Source: a virus
Taxonomy: Duplodnaviria > Caudoviricetes
Virus record (IMG/VR): IMGVR_UViG_3300030202_000714
Span: 1-60,992 of that record
Length of the DNA: 60,992 nt
Direction: 5' to 3' (one strand)
Under the pieces are notes generated by a model. That model did not search any database. It had not been told where the DNA came from and saw nothing but the letters and a program-made list of their open reading frames with translations. Shown piece by piece: positions 57,030 through 60,992 of the stretch (positions are counted from its first letter, which is position 1; the number at the start of each line of letters is the position of its first letter). Position numbers and translations under genes: made by a program.

Positions 57030-58751
57030 TTACCCGTCACAACTCATACAGTCTTCACTAGTAGCTTGAGCTGCTATATCTCCTCTCAGTACTGACTCAG
57101 TACGCATATAATACAAAGTCTTAATACCTTTTTTATGAGCTTCAAGATGAACCTTGTTTATAAACTTAGGTTCTGCTTGTGCAGGAAAAGCTAAATTTAA
57201 ACTAACAGATTGATCTATATATTGTTGTCTTATACCAGCTTGATTAACTAGTTCTAACTGATTTATTTCCTTGAAAGTTTTGAATACTTCTTTGATTGGT
57301 ATATCGTGATCTCCCAACGTAATTTTCTCTAATTGTTTGATACCTTGTATTGAACCACCGTCCTCTAAAATTTTGTTCCATATTTTATTAGTATTTAAAT
57401 CATGTTCTTTTAACACATCTACTAAAGTTGGATTTTTGCGGATGAAAGTTCCTTTTGCACTTTGGTCTGTAAAGACGTTAGCTGCCCATGGTTCAATCCC
57501 GGGAGAGATATTCCCAGCAAGCTTGCTATTAGATACAGTGGGAGCGATGGCACGTAAATGAGTATTGCGCATACCAGAGCCAACACACCAAAGAGGTTCT
57601 CCATAAGCTTCAGCAAGAGCCATTGAAGCTCTTTCAGACTCGATTTTAATTTGACTAAAAATTCTTCTTGTTTCATATTGTGCTAATAATCCTTCGAAAG
57701 GTATTCCTTTTTGCTGTAGATATGTATGCCAACCTAGAACACCTAAACCTAGTGCCCTACCTTTTTCAGCAGATCTTACAGCATTTTCAAATCCCCTTCT
57801 ATTTTTTGCTTTTTGTATAAATTCCTCTAATACACCGTCTAAAAACCATATACTATCATATATTAAATTAGAATCTTTCCATTCATGGTATTTAGCTAGA
57901 TTTAAACTAGATAAACAACATACAAAGCTATGGTTTTCATCCGTGTGTAATACAATCTCTGAACATATATTGGTCATAAAGACCTTCAGAGCATTATCCT
58001 TATACATGCTAGGATTCTGTTTATTAACATTACCCTTAAACATAATATAAGGCTCTCCAGTTGCCTTACGTTTCTGAAGTAATTTACTCCATTTACGTCT
58101 TGCAACCTTATCACCGTCTCTAAGTTTACGCATAAACTTATCACCGATTATAGTACATTGATGTAGGTTTAATGATTGTCTATTAACATCACCCTTGGGT
58201 TCTCTTATTTCCAACCAGTCTTCCCAATCTTTGTGGTCTATATTTAAATTAACTGATGCAGCTCCTCTACGTACAGCTCCTTGATTAGTAGCTAATATAC
58301 TAGAGTCATATAATTTACAAAATGGCACAACACCATCAGATGTTCCATTCATTGTAATTTCTGCACCAGAAGGTCTGATCTGATTGATACCAATACCAAC
58401 TCCTCCTCCATGTTTAGCTAACAACATCATCTCTAAATTCTTAGTTCCGATGTCTAATATGCTATCAGCTACATCGATACCAAAGCATGATATAGGTAAT
58501 CCTCGTTCAGTTCCTGTATTTGACAACACTGGAGAAGCTAGACATAACCAACCTTTCCATATGTAATCAAAAAATGTATCAGCCATTTCTGGCTTTTTTA
58601 ATCTCATAGCGACTGTTTTTGCAACTCGCTTATAAGCTTCTTTAGGTGTTTCTCCATTATATAGATAACCACCTACTATAGTTTTTTTATATACTTCGGC
58701 GTCTGCCCACTCTGGGTAATCAACACCTTTTTTCCATCTGTTACTCCACAT
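57030..58751 (-). CDS. nrdA: Ribonucleotide reductase class Ia alpha subunit (compact, no ATP cone)
   Basis: LPISCF, TNICSEI, AIAPT, KTLYY, C-terminal CMSCDG. Confidence 0.95.
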   Translation of the reverse strand: MWSNRWKKGVDYPEWADAEVYKKTIVGGYLYNGETPKEAYKRVAKTVAMRLKKPEMADTFFDYIWKGWLCLASPVLSNTGTERGLPISCFGIDVADSILDIGTKNLEMMLLAKHGGGVGIGINQIRPSGAEITMNGTSDGVVPFCKLYDSSILATNQGAVRRGAASVNLNIDHKDWEDWLEIREPKGDVNRQSLNLHQCTIIGDKFMRKLRDGDKVARRKWSKLLQKRKATGEPYIMFKGNVNKQNPSMYKDNALKVFMTNICSEIVLHTDENHSFVCCLSSLNLAKYHEWKDSNLIYDSIWFLDGVLEEFIQKAKNRRGFENAVRSAEKGRALGLGVLGWHTYLQQKGIPFEGLLAQYETRRIFSQIKIESERASMALAEAYGEPLWCVGSGMRNTHLRAIAPTVSNSKLAGNISPGIEPWAANVFTDQSAKGTFIRKNPTLVDVLKEHDLNTNKIWNKILEDGGSIQGIKQLEKITLGDHDIPIKEVFKTFKEINQLELVNQAGIRQQYIDQSVSLNLAFPAQAEPKFINKVHLEAHKKGIKTLYYMRTESVLRGDIAAQATSEDCMSCDG

Positions 58752-59002
58752 TATTTTAATAAATGATTTATCCAGGCGATAAGCCCATTAATATTCAATG
58801 CTACTAAGTTCCATTGTTTTCTACTTGCTACTTGAACTAACACACAACAAAAGCCAGCTATGTATAGCACTGGTTCTACGGTCCATTGTGCAGCTACTAA
58901 AAAGCCCGCACCCATATAACCTACTCTACTAGCTAGTCTTTCGCCAGGTGATAGTTTTTTATTTCTTACTAAAAATTTTAGTACTTTATACTTCCAACTC
59001 AT
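58751..59002 (-). CDS. Small membrane protein inserted between nrdB and nrdA
   Basis: 83 aa with about three hydrophobic segments. Confidence 0.6.
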   Translation of the reverse strand: MSWKYKVLKFLVRNKKLSPGERLASRVGYMGAGFLVAAQWTVEPVLYIAGFCCVLVQVASRKQWNLVALNINGLIAWINHLLK

Positions 59003-59971
59003 TTACCAGATATTCTCGAAGTCTTCGCCTTCATTTGCTTTGCTGTAGTCGGTCGGCCTAATAGCAAAAAAGTCAGTATGGGTATGACCACCAGTAAGAT
59101 GATAAAACCAATCCAAGTTTTTCGCGGCTTCTTTGTCGTACTTAAATTCTTTTGCGAGCTCTTTGTAACCCAGCTCAACAAGTTTTTCATTTAATCGTTT
59201 CTTTATAAATTGTTTAAGATCATAAGATTTTAACCCCTCTATATCTCCAGCTTCAAACATCTTATCTATGTATTTCATTTCAGCATCATGCATAACATGT
59301 GCTGCGTCTATTATGTGTGGTTTACAAGACTCTTTTAAAAAGTCTTTTTCTTCACACATATGTCTATATAATCTACAACCCATACGTGAGTGTAGACTTT
59401 CGTCTCTTACAGACCATTTCATTTGTTGCCCAATACCTTTAAGTAAATTACGTAGCTGAAAAGAATAAAGTACTGCAAAAGCACTATATAAAGAAACTCC
59501 TTCAGCGAAAGCACTAAAAATAGCCAATGATCTGCCAATGTCAACAGGATCGGAGCCATCATATGCAACGAGATTATCAAAACGCTCAGCCGTAGCTGGC
59601 TCATGTAAAAAAGCTTCAAAGTCTTCAAGTCCCAATGTCTCATTTAAATAACTATAAGCTACAGCATGTATTGTCTCTTGACTTCCAAACATCATGGCCA
59701 TTTGCTGTATTTCGTGTTTAGGAAACCATGACACTACTTTCTGAGTCCAGTAATCACTTACTGCACATTCAGTCTGAGCAAAACCTAGTAGGATGTTTCC
59801 TACTAAGTTCTTCTCTCCTTTTGTTAACTTTTCGTTCCAGTCTTTAACATCACCTGACATAGGTATTTCTGTATGTAACCAAAATGCTTGAGCTTGTTTC
59901 AACCAACCCTCAGTATAATACTCAGGGTACTCAAAAGGTTTATATGCTATTCTGTTATCAAATAATCCCAT
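59003..59971 (-). CDS. nrdB: Ribonucleotide reductase class I beta subunit
   Basis: ETIH..AY, AEGV, RDESLH, DFFA. Confidence 0.95.
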   Translation of the reverse strand: MGLFDNRIAYKPFEYPEYYTEGWLKQAQAFWLHTEIPMSGDVKDWNEKLTKGEKNLVGNILLGFAQTECAVSDYWTQKVVSWFPKHEIQQMAMMFGSQETIHAVAYSYLNETLGLEDFEAFLHEPATAERFDNLVAYDGSDPVDIGRSLAIFSAFAEGVSLYSAFAVLYSFQLRNLLKGIGQQMKWSVRDESLHSRMGCRLYRHMCEEKDFLKESCKPHIIDAAHVMHDAEMKYIDKMFEAGDIEGLKSYDLKQFIKKRLNEKLVELGYKELAKEFKYDKEAAKNLDWFYHLTGGHTHTDFFAIRPTDYSKANEGEDFENIW

Positions 59972-59974
59972 ATT

Positions 59975-60115
59975 TTAATATTGTAATGTTAAACAAATGT
60001 CGAATATGAACACGTAAAATACGTGATCAACTTTATTATTTTCTTCGTCTGGATAATTTCTATATCCAAACAATAGGCCTTCAAAAAGGCCAAAACTTAA
60101 TTCCCATCTTTTCAT
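59975..60115 (-). CDS. Small hypothetical protein (46 aa)
   Basis: Manual translation MKRWELSFGLFEGLLFGYR...CLTLQY. Confidence 0.55.
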   Translation of the reverse strand: MKRWELSFGLFEGLLFGYRNYPDEENNKVDHVFYVFIFDICLTLQY

Positions 60116-60116
60116 A

Positions 60117-60254
60117 TTATCTTCCTTGTCCACGGTAAGGCGTACCTGCGTAATACTTACCTGATTTTTGTTTTGTATTTCTGTTTTTGCTATGGATACC
60201 TGGTCTTTTCTTTTTAGGTTTCCATTTATATGCTTGTAATACTATTCTTGCCAT
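60117..60254 (-). CDS. Basic micro-protein ending YRGQGR (45 aa)
   Basis: MARIVLQAYKWKPKKKRPGIHSK...TPYRGQGR. Confidence 0.65.
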   Translation of the reverse strand: MARIVLQAYKWKPKKKRPGIHSKNRNTKQKSGKYYAGTPYRGQGR

Positions 60255-60421
60255 TTTATACCATATTTTTCGTATTGTTCTTTTAAATGTTTCCATTTTA
60301 AATAACCTCTACCTTCAATGGTCCATTTTATAAACCTATCTATTTGTCTTATAGCATACATACGTCTTGCTACTTCTTTGTTGCGTTGTTCTTTAAAATT
60401 AGTCTTACTGTTTCGTCGCAT
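60242..60421 (-). CDS. Small basic hypothetical protein (59 aa)
   Basis: MRRNSKTNFKEQRNKEVARR...YGIKWQE; fills the gap between neighbours. Confidence 0.5.
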   Translation of the reverse strand: MRRNSKTNFKEQRNKEVARRMYAIRQIDRFIKWTIEGRGYLKWKHLKEQYEKYGIKWQE

Positions 60422-60825
60422 TCTTTTTGATTTTGTGGTTTATATAATATAACATTAGGTAAATGTTCTTGAACATATTTCTTAAACATCTTCCAACGTA
60501 ATGGGAAGCTTTCATTAGCTCTACCTTTACATTCAATGATAAATCCTTTACCTATAAAGTCTGGTGTATAAGATATATTTAATATCTTTTTATGTCCACG
60601 ATCTTTATAATCACCTTTACCATTAGCACATCTCTCAAAAGCTGAAGACTCAAATTGATATGCTGGAAATATCTCGTAAGTATGTCCTTCATATACAGCT
60701 TGTATCTTAGCTTTTTTAAGAGCAATGTGCATATATTTTTCTAGTCCTGATGCAAAGGTTATCCCGTCAACCACGACTTTACGTGATTGAACAGGACCTT
60801 TTTTTCTTCTAAACTTTTTTCTCAT
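60370..60825 (-). CDS. PD-(D/E)xK nuclease, T7 endonuclease I / resolvase-like
   Basis: FASGLE...YTPDF...IIECKG. Confidence 0.8.
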   Translation of the reverse strand: MRKKFRRKKGPVQSRKVVVDGITFASGLEKYMHIALKKAKIQAVYEGHTYEIFPAYQFESSAFERCANGKGDYKDRGHKKILNISYTPDFIGKGFIIECKGRANESFPLRWKMFKKYVQEHLPNVILYKPQNQKECDETVRLILKNNATKK

Positions 60826-60992
60826 CTTCTAAACATTTTTTAGCTGCTTCGATATACAATAATGCATCCATTATTTCTTCTTGTACATCGGTTAAAAACA
60901 TAAGTAAGTCTTTCTTACCAGTTTCTATTTCGTTTTGCATTGTTTGACCATATTTCTTTTGACCAATAATGCTACGATCGTCCATCTTCCTT
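60809..60992 (-). CDS. MazG-like nucleotide pyrophosphohydrolase-fold small protein, partial
   Basis: DRSIIGQKKYG...QEEIMDALLY. Confidence 0.5.
   Translation of the reverse strand, partial: RKMDDRSIIGQKKYGQTMQNEIETGKKDLLMFLTDVQEEIMDALLYIEAAKKCLEDEKKV

Noticed and set aside
4501-59643. Numerous antisense or alternate-frame ORFs in the track (e.g. 4501..4884, 8647..9126, 31684..32142, 51166..51672, 58999..59190)
   Set aside because: Shadows of well-supported genes on the other strand or frame, with composition typical of antisense translation
1-60992. Stop-codon reassignment as in some crAss-like phages
   Set aside because: Long genes are intact and densely packed under the standard code; TAA, TAG and TGA all appear as real stops

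Overview
This window is about 61 kb of a lytic, AT-rich tailed dsDNA phage genome, probably a podovirus infecting marine Bacteroidota/Flavobacteriia; host and taxon are inferred from gene content and from A-rich, Shine-Dalgarno-less gene starts. From left to right: (1) 1-3490, leftward early region of many tiny ORFs with a repeated tripartite promoter-like motif and two anticodon-less mini-tRNA-like elements; (2) 3490-3780, divergent non-coding switch region; (3) 3787-57003, rightward late block with GroEL/GroES, a zincin-containing basic protein, a holin, tail fibres and LamG adhesins, a tandem GroES-like protein, terminase, portal, scaffold, major capsid protein, tail and ejection proteins, a 2312-aa polyvalent protein and an envelope/lysis module; (4) after a bidirectional terminator at about 57015, leftward nrdA/nrdB and nuclease genes. 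The best candidate for a novel system is the giant, probably ejected polyprotein (HExxH protease, Q[L/F]S junctions, sigma-factor-like domain, HAD domain) together with six copies of a TACA[A/G]-N6-TAC-N10-GGATAATA motif unlike the Bacteroidota housekeeping promoter. Other notable items are the mini-tRNA-like RNAs, an S-P-[AFL]-K motif shared by small basic proteins, and a 12-aa double-CxxC peptide in frame behind a CxxC-less thioredoxin-like gene. All functional calls come from motif recognition by eye; no database searches were run.
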